From positions 39,308,001 through 39,372,000 of the forward strand of contig OZ024756.1 of the NCBI GenBank assembly GCA_964016885.1: a stretch of 64,000 nucleotides of DNA, written 5' to 3'. Numbering within the stretch: position 1 is the stretch's first letter; every line of letters starts with the position of its first letter. The notes beneath the pieces were generated by a model, which had not been told where the DNA came from, did no database searches, and was given only the letters and a program-made list of their open reading frames with translations. Below, piece by piece: positions 24,650 to 37,000 of this stretch. The stretch is from Eledone cirrhosa. Taxonomy: Eukaryota. Made by a program: the position numbers and the translations under genes.

Positions 24650-24887
24650 GTTGAGGAAAAGGAGGAGGAGAGGAAAGGAGTACAAGCTCTTCGTACTCCT
24701 GGAGATGAGGGTTGCACATTTTTTTTCGGGGGTATGTGTTACCCATATAAACTGTCTCCCTCTATTGGGGAAAATCGACTAACTTTTAAATTCCATCTGT
24801 GATAACATTTTACACGTTTTTATTGTATGTAAACTTCCCCCTTTGTATTTGTCCCCTTCTTTTGTGCCCCTGTGGCTAATAAAGAAA

Positions 24888-25076
24888 TATATCTATATAT
24901 ATATATATATATATATATAGATATAGATATATATATAGATATATATATAGATATATATATAGATATAGATATATATATAGATATAGATATAGATATATAG
25001 ATATATAGATATATATATAGATAGATATATAGATATATATATAGATAGATATATAGATATAGATATATATATATAT

Positions 25077-25119
<43 letters not shown>

Positions 25120-25923
25120 TATATATATATATATAGATATATATATATATATATAGATATAGATATATATATATAGATATATATATATAGATATATATAG
25201 ATATATATATATATATATATAGATATATATATATAGATATATATATATAGATATATAGATATAGAAATAGATATAGATATATATATATAGATATATATAT
25301 ATAGATATATATATAGATATATATATATAGATATATATATAGATATATATATATAGATATATATATATAGATATATATATATAGATATATATATATAGAT
25401 ATATATATATAGATATATATATATAGATATATATATATAGATATATATATATAGATATATATATATAGATATATATATATAGATATATATATCTAGATAT
25501 ATATATATATCTATATATATATATATATAGATATATATAGATATATATATATATAGATATATATAGATATATATCTATATATATATATATATAGATATAT
25601 ATAGATATATATATATATAGATATATATAGATATATATATATATATATATAGATATATATATAGATATATATATATATATATATATATATAGATATATAT
25701 ATATATATATATATATAGATATATATATATATATATATATAGATATATATATATATATATATATATAGATATATATAGATATATATATATATATATATAG
25801 ATATATATATATATATATATAGATATATATATATATATATATATAGATATATATATATAGATATATATAGATATATAGATATATATATATAGATATAGAT
25901 ATATATATAGATATATATATAGA
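24888..25923. repeat. (TA)n/(TAGA) compound microsatellite at the LINE 3' end
   Basis: Direct reading. Confidence 0.95.
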
Positions 25924-26209
25924 TGATGTTCATTATATAAATGATATGTATACATCAAATTGTTATTTCTGTCTATCGTTTGTATATATGAGACAGACAG
26001 AGACAGTTTGGTATAGCTTGGTACCAGTTTCATTGTCAGTGTTGCTGTGAGGTGTCAATGACACAGACGAGAAACTGTAGAGCTTTCTATTTGATAATCT
26101 AATGACGTTACCGCACTCAATCACATAATTATACGGTCGTTAGCCTAGTCAGCCAACTAGATTTCCAAAACGTTCATCAATCTTAAATACTAATTAATCT
26201 TATCATTCA

Positions 26210-28257
26210 CTAGCAGTAAAGCCCGGCGTTGCTCGGGGTCGCTCAGTAGCTGTGTTAAAGTTACAATGTTAAGTTTCTTTCTTGGCTTAAAAACTGTAGT
26301 GTCTACTGTGCAGACTTGCATGTGGTGTTTTTGATTAATATTCCCTCAACCAACAATATGCCTTATGAAGTTAAGAAAACATAACGATAACCCGAATGTT
26401 ATAACAAAAGAGGATGCTGGGGATAGAAACTGCACTGGTTATTTATTAACAAAGATCGAAAATGTAAACACTGCAACGCAGAGAAAAACATTAGCGTAAC
26501 CAAATTATCAGTTACTAGCATTAAAGCCCGGCGTTGCTCGGGGTCATTAAGTTACCAAAGTTAGGTTGCAGCACTTTTTTGTCTGCCAGGCACTGGGTGA
26601 ATGAATTGCAGACCTGGAAGCATGAGCTGCGCCAGCAGTGACAATTGGAGTTTCGCCTATGGATATTATCTCTGTGCAAAAAAGTGTTGAAATTTATTGT
26701 TTCACAGTACTTGCGCAACACGCGAGTAGACGATGCCAGCCGAACAACAGAGCTGCGATGGAGTTGTTCTGCATGGTTGTCTGTGTGTTTTCTAAATTTA
26801 AGACAGTAGGGAGGGTTGTGATATGAGGGAGAGTTAGCTGTTGTTTCTAGCAGGTTTAGTGACCTCATAGAGGATATGTGTTTTCTAAATTTAAGACAGT
26901 AGGGAGTGGTGTGATATGAGGGAGAGTTAGCTGCTGTTTCTAGCAGGTTTAGTGACCTCATAGAAGATATGTTTTCTAAATTTAAGACAGTAGAGAGGGG
27001 TGTGATATGGGGGAGAGTTAGCTTCTGTTTCTAGCAGGTTTAGTGACCTCATAGAGGATATGTTTTCTAAATTTAAGACAGTAGGGAGGGGTGTGATATG
27101 AGGGAGAGTTAGCTGCTGTTTCTAGCAGGTTTAGTGACCTCATAGAGGATATGTGTTTTCTAAATTTAAGACAGTAGGGAGTGGTGTGATATGAGGGAGA
27201 GTTAGCTGCTGTTTCTAGCAGGTTTAGTAACCTCATACAGGATATGTGTTTTCTAAATTTAAGACAGTAGGGAGTGGTGTGATATGAGGGAGAGTTAGCT
27301 GCTGTTTCTAGCAGGTTTAGTGACCTCATAGAAGATATGTTTTCTAAATTTAAGACAGTAGAGAGGGGTGTGATATGGGGGAGAGTTAGCTGCTGTTTCT
27401 AGCAGGTTTAGTGACCTCATAGAGGATATGTTTTCTAAATTTAAGACAGTAGGGAGGGGTGTGATATGAGGGAGAGTTAGCTGCTGTTTCTAGCAGGTTT
27501 AGTGACCTCATAGAAGATATGTTTTCTAAATTTAAGACAGTAGGGAGGGGTATGATATGAGGGAGAGTTAGCTGCTGTTTCTAGCAGGTTTAGTAACCTC
27601 ATAGAGGATATGTGTTTTCTAAATTTAAGACAGTAGGGAGTGGTGTGATATGAGGGAGAGTTAGCTGCTGTTTCTAGCAGGTTTAGTAACCTCATAGAGG
27701 ATATGTGTTTTCTAAATTTAAGACAGTAGGGAGTGGTGTGATATGAGGGAGAGTTAGCTGCTGTTTCTAGCAGGTTTAGTGACCTCATAGAGGATATTAT
27801 TGTTTATCATCTATATATATAAAACTGACTGCACGCCTAACGAAATTTACAGATACATATATTTTAAATAAACTTATATAATTTTTGCTTTTTTTTACGA
27901 AATATTTGCTTGTTTTACGTAGTCTTTAAATAGACTTGTTTTCAAGTAAAAATTATTGTGTTAATGTCATTTTAAATGCTGAGAAAGCCAGCGTAATTTT
28001 TTTAATTTTTGCACGCAGACGCTCAATGTAAACAGAACAAAGGGAAATAACTGATAACTTACGCTCAAAAATCGATACATTATATTCGATTTCGTCAGAT
28101 AGGGTGGGTCAATTTGAAATTTTTTTTTTCCGATGTCTTCGCTAGGGCTCAATGTACAAGTATAGCAATTTGGGTGCAATTCCGTGAGAGATTCTAAGAG
28201 GAGATGTGTGCCAAAAATCGATAGACAGACAGACAACCACAGTTTTATATATATAGA
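26210..28257 (-). mobile_element. Non-autonomous Helitron with two 3' termini
   Basis: Minus 5' end A|TCTATATATATAAAACTG at 28257; 3' hairpin cccgagcaacgccggg followed by CTAG|T at 26515-26542 and again at 26210-26237. Confidence 0.8.
26784..27797. repeat. 91/93-bp tandem array inside the Helitron, 11 copies
   Basis: Unit tgtgttttctaaatttaagacagtagggagtggtgtgatatgagggagagttagctgctgtttctagcaggtttagtgacctcatagaggata. Confidence 0.95.
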
Positions 28258-28611
28258 TTAACTTCAGTGAATTTACGAGAACTCGTGTTTGCAATATGTC
28301 CGTCTTTTCTTTTAGTTTTCTCGGGTTAATAAAATAAAGAGCAGGCAAATATCTAGGGTATTATAATCTTCACTACTTATGCTAGAAATTAACATTTAAA
28401 TAAATTAAGACAGACAATAATAACACATCAAAGAATATATGACTGTGTGAGTACAAGAAGCAGAAATATAAAACGGTTACCTCTGGAGAATTGAATAATT
28501 TTAACTGTCTTCAGTTCTGCTGATAATGGAAAATGTTTCTATAGAAGAGAAATTAATTGAGGAATTGACGAACGTAAATTCAAATGAGAATGTTGGAAGA
28601 TAATAATAATG

Positions 28612-28766
28612 AGGTGGTCGTGGTGGTGGTGGTGGTGTGGTGGTGGTGGTGTAGTGGTGGTGGTGGTGGTGGTGTGGTGGTGTAGTGGTGGTGGTGGTGG
28701 TGTAGTGGTGGTGGTGGTGTAGTAGTGGTGGTGTAGTGGTGGTGGTGGTGGGGGGGGGGGGGGGGT
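28612..28766. repeat. (GGT)n/poly-G tract
   Basis: Direct reading. Confidence 0.9.
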
Positions 28767-28849
28767 GTATATATATATTGACTGCCAAATAAATTAACTT
28801 TGGATTTATCTATATATATATATATTTACCTTTTCCACGGAAATACTTT

Positions 28850-29784
<935 letters not shown>

Positions 29785-30208
29785 CGATAAATAGTTTTGG
29801 CACACCAATATTGATCACATTGATATTGATCGTTAATCATGGTGATGATTGGGTGTGTAATGAAGAAACTGATTAACAAGTGTGATTTTGGTGGTAATGT
29901 TAGTATGAGTGTGTGAATGTACATGATGATGATGATGATGATAGGTGGCGAGGAGGGGGGGTAGTGGGGGGTGATGGTGGAATTGGTAGTGGTGGTGGTG
30001 GGGGGTGATGGTGGATTTGATAGTGGTGGTGGTGATGGTGATGGTGGAATTGGTAGTGGTGGTGGTGGTGAGGGGGGTGGGGGTGATGGTGGAACTGGTA
30101 GTGGTTGTGGTGATGGTGATGATGGTGATAGTAGTGGTGTTATGTTAGTGTTGATAATGCTTTTGTTATTGTTGATATTGTTGTTGTTGTTATATCGATA
30201 CCATCACA

Positions 30209-30392
30209 CACCTTGACCACTCCACCTTGACCACTCCACCTTGACCACTCAAGCTTGACCACTCAAGCTTGACCACTCAAGCTTGACCACTCTAGTTTAA
30301 CCACTCTAGTTTGACCACTCCACCTTGACCACTCCACCTTGACCACTCCACCTTGATCACTCTAGTTTGACCACTCTAGTTTGATCACCCTA
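30209..30392. repeat. 14-bp minisatellite ttgaccactc(cacc/aagc/tagt), ~13 copies
   Basis: Direct reading; three unit variants occur in blocks. Confidence 0.9.
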
Positions 30393-30414
30393 GTCTCACT
30401 TTCACTAGTCTACA

Positions 30415-30570
30415 ACGCCCCTTTACGTTCTGAGTTCAAATCTGCGGAAGTTAGCGTTGCCTTTCATCTTAACGGGGTCGATAAAATAAAGTACCAGTAA
30501 TGTACTGCGGTCGATTTAATCGACTTCCCGCCAAACTGTTGACCTTCTGCCTAAATCGGAAACCAATATT
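30415..30570 (+). mobile_element. 5'-truncated SINE (family A)
   Basis: ctgagttcaaatc...ggggtcgataaaataaagtaccagtaatgtactg. Confidence 0.85.
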
Positions 30571-31019
30571 ACCTATTCTCCGTTATTAATTCTAAGGTGT
30601 TAGCATCCGTAATTAACCAATATTAAAAATTCTCACGGAATCTTGTAAATTTTATTAATTCCAAGTTGTTGGAAGCTGCAGCATCAGTAGTAGCAATTAA
30701 CTAGTAATTAACCAGTAATTACAGACTGGACTTAATGAGCTGAATACTGATCTCATTTAGTACCCGGAAGTCACGAAAATATTTCTGAATCAATACGACA
30801 GCAAAAATGATACCACTGGTACTTAGTTTATCAATCTATTCTTGTCGAACGACTAAGTTGCGGGATATAAACATAAGCACAGACACAAATACTAACATAT
30901 ATATATATAGGCAAAAAAAAAAAAAATCATAATAATCATAAACTAAAACAAAACAAGAAAACTTACGGAGCAGATAAACGTGTTGTGAACAGTTCGAAAG
31001 AAAATACAATAATAATAAT

Positions 31020-31227
31020 GGTTTCTTATATAGGCACAAGGCCAGTAATTTGGGGGGAGGGGAAAGTCAAATAAATCGACCCCAGTGCGTGATTGGTACT
31101 TTATTTTATCTTACCCGTAAGGATGAAAGGCAAAGTTAACCTCGACGGGATTTGAACTCAGACTATAAAGGGACGTAACTATGCTAGAAATTATGGCGTC
31201 CGACCCTCTACCGATACTGCCAATTCA
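31020..31227 (-). mobile_element. Full-length SINE (family A) with a long flanking direct repeat
   Basis: Reverse complement of the family A consensus; 30942-31019 is duplicated at 31227-31303. Confidence 0.9.
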
Positions 31228-31769
31228 CTAAAACAAAACAAAAAAAACTTACGGAGCATAAAAACGTGTTGTGAACAGTTGAAAAGCAAATACAATAATA
31301 ATAATAAATAATGATAATGATATGGCAAAGACAGATCTTTACATATCAAATATAAACACTGACGGCGAAATAGATAGTTATAATGCAAAATGTCTGTTTA
31401 TATTTGATATTAGCAACTAGAATCGGTGAAAGAAGTAAGGAGGTTATACTGTAGAACAGGAGTATAAAATATAGAGAGGAGGAAGAAAAAGATATTAAAG
31501 AAAACATTCATGTCTCAGAACTACCAATATAACATTCAATGGAACCGCTTGCAAAAGCAGCAAAAACAGCGAAGCATTACGAAAGAACTTGTTAAACTGT
31601 ACAATTGGAGAAAAATATTTCTTCTTCTCTCCATAATATCTATGTTCGTTTGTGTTAGAAATGTTGATAGTTGTTCCGTCTCTCTCTCTCTCCCTCATAC
31701 TCATCCCCCTTCTCTAATTTTTCTTCTTCGTCGTCGTCGTTTTCTTCTTCTTCTTCTTCTTCTAATAAA

Positions 31770-31982
31770 AGTGGTGGATTGGCAGTATCGGTAGAGGGTC
31801 GGACGCCATGCTTTACAGCAAAGAGTTACGACCCTTTATAGTCTGAGTTCAAATCCCGCCGAGGTTAACTTCGCCTTTCATCCTTACGGGGTCGATAAAA
31901 TAAAGTATCAGTAATGCACTGGGGTTGATTTAATCGACTTTCCCCTCCCCCCAAATTACTGGCCTTGTGCCCATTGTAGAAA

Positions 31983-32016
<34 letters not shown>
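31770..32016 (+). mobile_element. Full-length SINE (family A) with (ATT)n tail
   Basis: gtggattggcagtatcggtagagggtcggacgcc...gagttcaaatcccgccgagg...(att)n. Confidence 0.9.
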
Positions 32017-32018
<2 letters not shown>

Positions 32019-32204
32019 CGTGTATTGTCGAACGTTAATAAAACAAACGCTGAACGACGTTGACGAAACCAACAAAGAAAGAAGACAGAAGAAACGTCCA
32101 TTGGATGTGCAGCAATTATTGTGTCTAGTCAAAGTAGCAACAGAACCAATGTATGCTGCCATTTTCTACACACCAAGCTGGAAAGTTCGTGTCACAGTAC
32201 AAAA

Positions 32205-33880
32205 GTACATGTATGGTCCCGTAACTCCTGATAGAATCGTAAGGGAACCGTATTGACATACAGTGTTTCTTGGGCCTTAATCGACCCCAGTACTAGACTG
32301 GTACTATGTTTATCGCCCTCGAAAGGATGAAAGGTAAAGTTGACCTCGGTGGGATTTGAACTCAGAGAGCAGGAAGGAATACCATAAAGCATTCTATCTG
32401 ACGTTCTAACCACTCTACCATTCTATCTGACGTTCTAACCACTCTACCATTCTATCTGACGTTCTAACGACTCTACCATTCTATCTGACGTTCTAACGAC
32501 TCTACCATTCTATCCGACGTTCTAACCACTCTACCATTCTATCCGACGTTCTAACCACTCTACCATTCTATCTGACGTTCTAACCACTCTACCATTCTAT
32601 CTGACGTTCTAGCCACTCTACCATTCTATCTGACGTTCTAACGACTCTACCATTCTATCTGATGTTCTAACGACTCTACCATTCTGTCTGACGTTCTAAC
32701 GGCACTACCATTCTATCTGACGTTCTAACGACTCTACCATTCTATCTGACGTTCTAACCACTCTACCATTCTATCTGACGTTCTAACCACTCTACCATTC
32801 TATCCGACGTTCTAACAACTCTACCATTCTATCTGACGTTCTAACGACTCTACCATTCTATCCGACGTTCTAACCACTCTACCATTCTATCCGACGTTCT
32901 AACCACTCTACCATTCTATCTGACGTTCTAACGACTCTACCATTCTATCCGACGTTCTAACCACTCTACCATTCTATCTGACGTTCTAACGACTCTACCA
33001 TTCTATCCGACGTTCTAACCACTCTACCATTCTATCCGACGTTCTAACGACTCTACCATTCTATCTGACGTTCTAACGACTCTACCATTCTATCCGACGT
33101 TCTAACCACTCTACCATTCTATCTGACGTTCTAACCACTCTGCCATTCTTTCTGACGTTCTAACCACTCTACCATTCTATCTGGCGTTCTAACGACTCTA
33201 CCATTCTATCTGACGTTCTAACGACTCTACCATTCTATCCGACGTTCTAGCAACTCTACCATTCTATCTGACGTTCTAACCACCCTACCATTCTATCTGA
33301 CGCTCTAACCACTCTGCCATTCTTTCTGACGTTCTAACGACTCTACCATTCTATCTGACGTTCTAACCACTCTACCATTCTATCTGACGTTCTAACGACT
33401 CTACCATTCTATCTGACGTTCTAACGACTCTACCATTCTATCCGACGTTCTAACGACTCTACCATTCTATCCGACGTTCTAACGACTCTACCATTCTATC
33501 CGACGTTCTAACCACTCTGCCATTCTTTCTGACGTTCTAACGACTCTACCATTCTATCTGACGTTCTAACGACTCTACCATTCTATCTGACGTTCTAACC
33601 ACTCTGCCATTCTATCTGACGCTCTAACGACTCTACCATTCTATCTGACGCTCTAACCACTCTACCATTCTATCCGACGTTCTAACCACTCTACCATTCT
33701 ATCTGACGTTCTAGCCACTCTACCATTCTATCTGACGTTCTAACGACTTTACCATTCTATCTGACGTTCTAACCACTCTACCATTCTATCCGACATTCTA
33801 ACCACTCTACCATTCTAACCGATGTTCTAACCACTCTACCATTCTATCCGACGTTCAAACAACTCTGTGAATTCGCCGCC
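32205..33880 (-). mobile_element. SINE (family A variant) split by a tandem expansion of its own A-box region
   Basis: Head ggcggcgaattcacagag ends at 33880; B-box and body at 32275-32390; tail at 32205-32260 is shared with 497-555. Confidence 0.8.
32391..33866. repeat. 29-bp satellite attctatc(t/c)gacgttctaac(c/g)actctacc, ~51 copies
   Basis: Direct reading; 1476 bp / 29. Confidence 0.97.
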
Positions 33881-33964
33881 TACACAAAGGTATCTCGGAG
33901 GACCAAATAATGATATCAACGCACACCATAGACGTTTAAGTTGGAGACCTTTGGCCACTAAGAG

Positions 33965-34028
33965 CATACATTATCATACATTATCATACATTATCATACA
34001 TTATCATACAATTTCATACAATTACATA
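33965..34028. repeat. 10-bp repeat catacattat, ~6 copies
   Basis: Direct reading. Confidence 0.85.
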
Positions 34029-34089
34029 AAACCTTAAAATCTTAAAGCTACAATCTCCCCAGTTAACTTTATAAACTTTGATAGGTTTC

Positions 34090-37000
34090 AGTCAGTATTG
34101 GCCCAGGCCATGTCTAACTTAATAGTCAGTATTGGCCCAGGCCATGTCTAACTTAATAGTCAGTATTGGCCCAGGCCATGTCTAACTTAATAGTCAGTAT
34201 TGGCCCAGGCCATGTCTAACTTAATAGTCAGTATTGGCCCAGGCCATGCCTAACTTAATAGTCAGTATTGGCCCAGGCCATGTCTAACTTAATAGTCAGT
34301 ATTGGCCCAGGCCATGCCTAAGTTAATAGTCAGTATTGGCCCAGGCCATGCCTAAGTTAATAGTCAGTATTGGCCCAGGCCATGCCTAAGTTAATAGTCA
34401 GTATTGGCCCAGGCCATGCCTAAGTTAATAGTCAGTATTGGCCCAGGCCATGTCTAACTTAATAGTCAGTATTGGCCCAGGCCATGCCTAAGTTAATAGT
34501 CAGTATTGGCCCAGGCCATGTCTAACTTAATAGTCAGTATTGGCCCAGGCCATGCCTAACTTAATAGTCCAGTATTGGCCCAGGCCATGCCTAAGTTAAT
34601 AGTCAGTATTGGCCCAGGCCATGCCTAAGTTAATAGTCAGTATTGGCCCAGGCCATGCCTAAGTTAATAGTCAGTATTGGCCCAGGCCATGCCTAAGTTA
34701 ATAGTCAGTATTGGCCCAGGCCATGCCTAAGTTAATAGTCAGTATTGGCCCAGGCCATGCCTAACTTAATAGTCAGTATTGGCCCAGGCCATGCCTAAGT
34801 TAATAGTCAGTATTGGCCCAGGCCATGTCTAACTTAATAGTCAGTATTGGCCCAGGCCATGCCCTAAGTTAATAGTCAGTATTGGCCCAGGCCATGTCTA
34901 ACTTAATAGTCAGTATTGGCCCAGGCCATGCCTAACTTAATAGTCAGTATTGGCCCAGGCCATGCCTAAGTTAATAGTCAGTATTGGCCCAGGCCATGCC
35001 TAAGTTAATAGTCAGTATTGGCCCAGGCCATGCCTAAGTTAATAGTCAGTATTGGCCCAGGCCATGCCTAAGTTAATAGTCAGTATTGGCCCAGGCCATG
35101 CCTAAGTTAATAGTCAGTATTGGCCCAGGCCATGCCTAACTTAATAGTCAGTATTGGCCCAGGCCATGCCTAAGTTAATAGTCAGTATTGGCCCAGGCCA
35201 TGCCTAACTTAATAGTCAGTATTGGCCCAGGCCATGCCTAACTTAATAGTCAGTATTGGCCCAGGCCATGCCTAAGTTAATAGTCAGTATTGGCCCAGGC
35301 CATGTCTAACTTAATAGTCAGTATTGGCCCAGGCCATGCCTAAGTTAATAGTCAGTATTGGCCCAGGCCATGTCTAACTTAATAGTCAGTATTGGCCCAG
35401 GCCATGCCTAAGTTAATAGTCAGTATTGGCCCAGGCCATGTCTAACTTAATAGTCAGTATTGGCCCAGGCCATGCCTAACTTAATAGTCAGTATTGGCCC
35501 AGGCCATGCCTAAGTTAATAGTCAGTATTGGCCCAGGCCATGTCTAACTTAATAGTCAGTATTGGCCCAGGCCATGTCTAACTTAATAGTCAGTATTGGC
35601 CCAGGCCATGTCTAACTTAATAGTCAGTATTGGCCCAGGCCATGCCTAACTTAATAGTCAGTATTGGCCCAGGCCATGCCTAACTTAATAGTCAGTATTG
35701 GCCCAGGCCATGCCTAAGTTAATAGTCAGTATTGGCCCAGGCCATGCCTAAGTTAATAGTCAGTATTGGCCCAGGCCATGCCTAACTTAATAGTCAGTAT
35801 TGGCCCAGGCCATGCCTAAGTTAATAGTCAGTATTGGCCCAGGCCATGCCTAAGTTAATAGTCAGTATTGGCCCAGGCCATGCCTAACTTAATAGTCAGT
35901 ATTGGCCCAGGCCATGTCTAACTTAATAGTCAGTATTGGCCCAGGCCATGTCTAACTTAATAGTCAGTATTGGCCCAGGCCATGCCTAACTTAATAGTCA
36001 GTATTGGCCCAGGCCATGCCTAAGTTAATAGTCAGTATTGGCCCAGGCCATGCCTAAGTTAATAGTCAGTATTGGCCCAGGCCATGCCTAAGTTAATAGT
36101 CAGTATTGGCCCAGGCCATGCCTAACTTAATAGTCAGTATTGGCCCAGGCCATGCCTAACTTAATAGTCAGTATTGGCCCAGGCCATGCCTAAGTTAATA
36201 GTCAGTATTGGCCCAGGCCATGTCTAACTTAATAGTCAGTATTGGCCCAGGCCATGCCTAAGTTAATAGTCAGTATTGGCCCAGGCCATGTCTAACTTAA
36301 TAGTCAGTATTGGCCCCAGGCCATGCCTAAGTTAATAGTCAGTATTGGCCCAGGCCATGCCTAACTTAATAGTCAGTATTGGCCCAGGCCATGCCTAAGT
36401 TAATAGTCAGTATTGGCCCAGGCCATGCCTAAGTTAATAGTCAGTATTGGCCCAGGCCATGTCTAACTTAATAGTCAGTATTGGCCCAGGCCATGCCTAA
36501 GTTAATAGTCAGTATTGGCCCAGGCCATGTCTAACTTAATAGTCAGTATTGGCCCAGGCCATGCCTAACTTAATAGTCAGTATTGGCCCAGGCCATGCCT
36601 AAGTTAATAGTCAGTATTGGCCCAGGCCATGTCTAACTTAATAGTCAGTATTGGCCCAGGCCATGCCTAACTTAATAGTCAGTATTGGCCCAGGCCATGC
36701 CTAAGTTAATAGTCAGTATTGGCCCAGGCCATGTCTAACTTAATAGTCAGTATTGGCCCAGGCCATGCCTAACTTAATAGTCAGTATTGGCCCAGGCCAT
36801 GCCTAACTTAATAGTCAGTATTGGCCCAGGCCATGTCTAACTTAATAGTCAGTATTGGCCCAGGCCATGCCTAACTTAATAGTCAGTATTGGCCCAGGCC
36901 ATGCCTAACTTAATAGTCAGTATTGGCCCAGGCCATGCCTAACTTAATAGTCAGTATTGGCCCAGGCCATGCCTAAGTTAATAGTCAGTATTGGCCCAGG

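Larger units (their letters stand above)
19041..24887 (+). mobile_element. Near full-length L1/Tx1-clade LINE
   Basis: 5' UTR starting at Inr-like TCAGTC, ORF1, 33-nt spacer, ORF2 (APE-RT-zinc finger), 3' UTR with AATAAA at 24878; atatctatctat / atatctatatat at the two junctions. Confidence 0.92.

Noticed and set aside
21281-24685. Numerous short antisense and alternative-frame ORFs inside the LINE
   Set aside because: Expected shadow ORFs of GC-rich coding sequence; no independent motifs
26521-27788. Repeated MRSLNLLETAANSPSYH ORFs
   Set aside because: Translations of the 91/93-bp Helitron-internal array; the frame is broken by the 91-bp units
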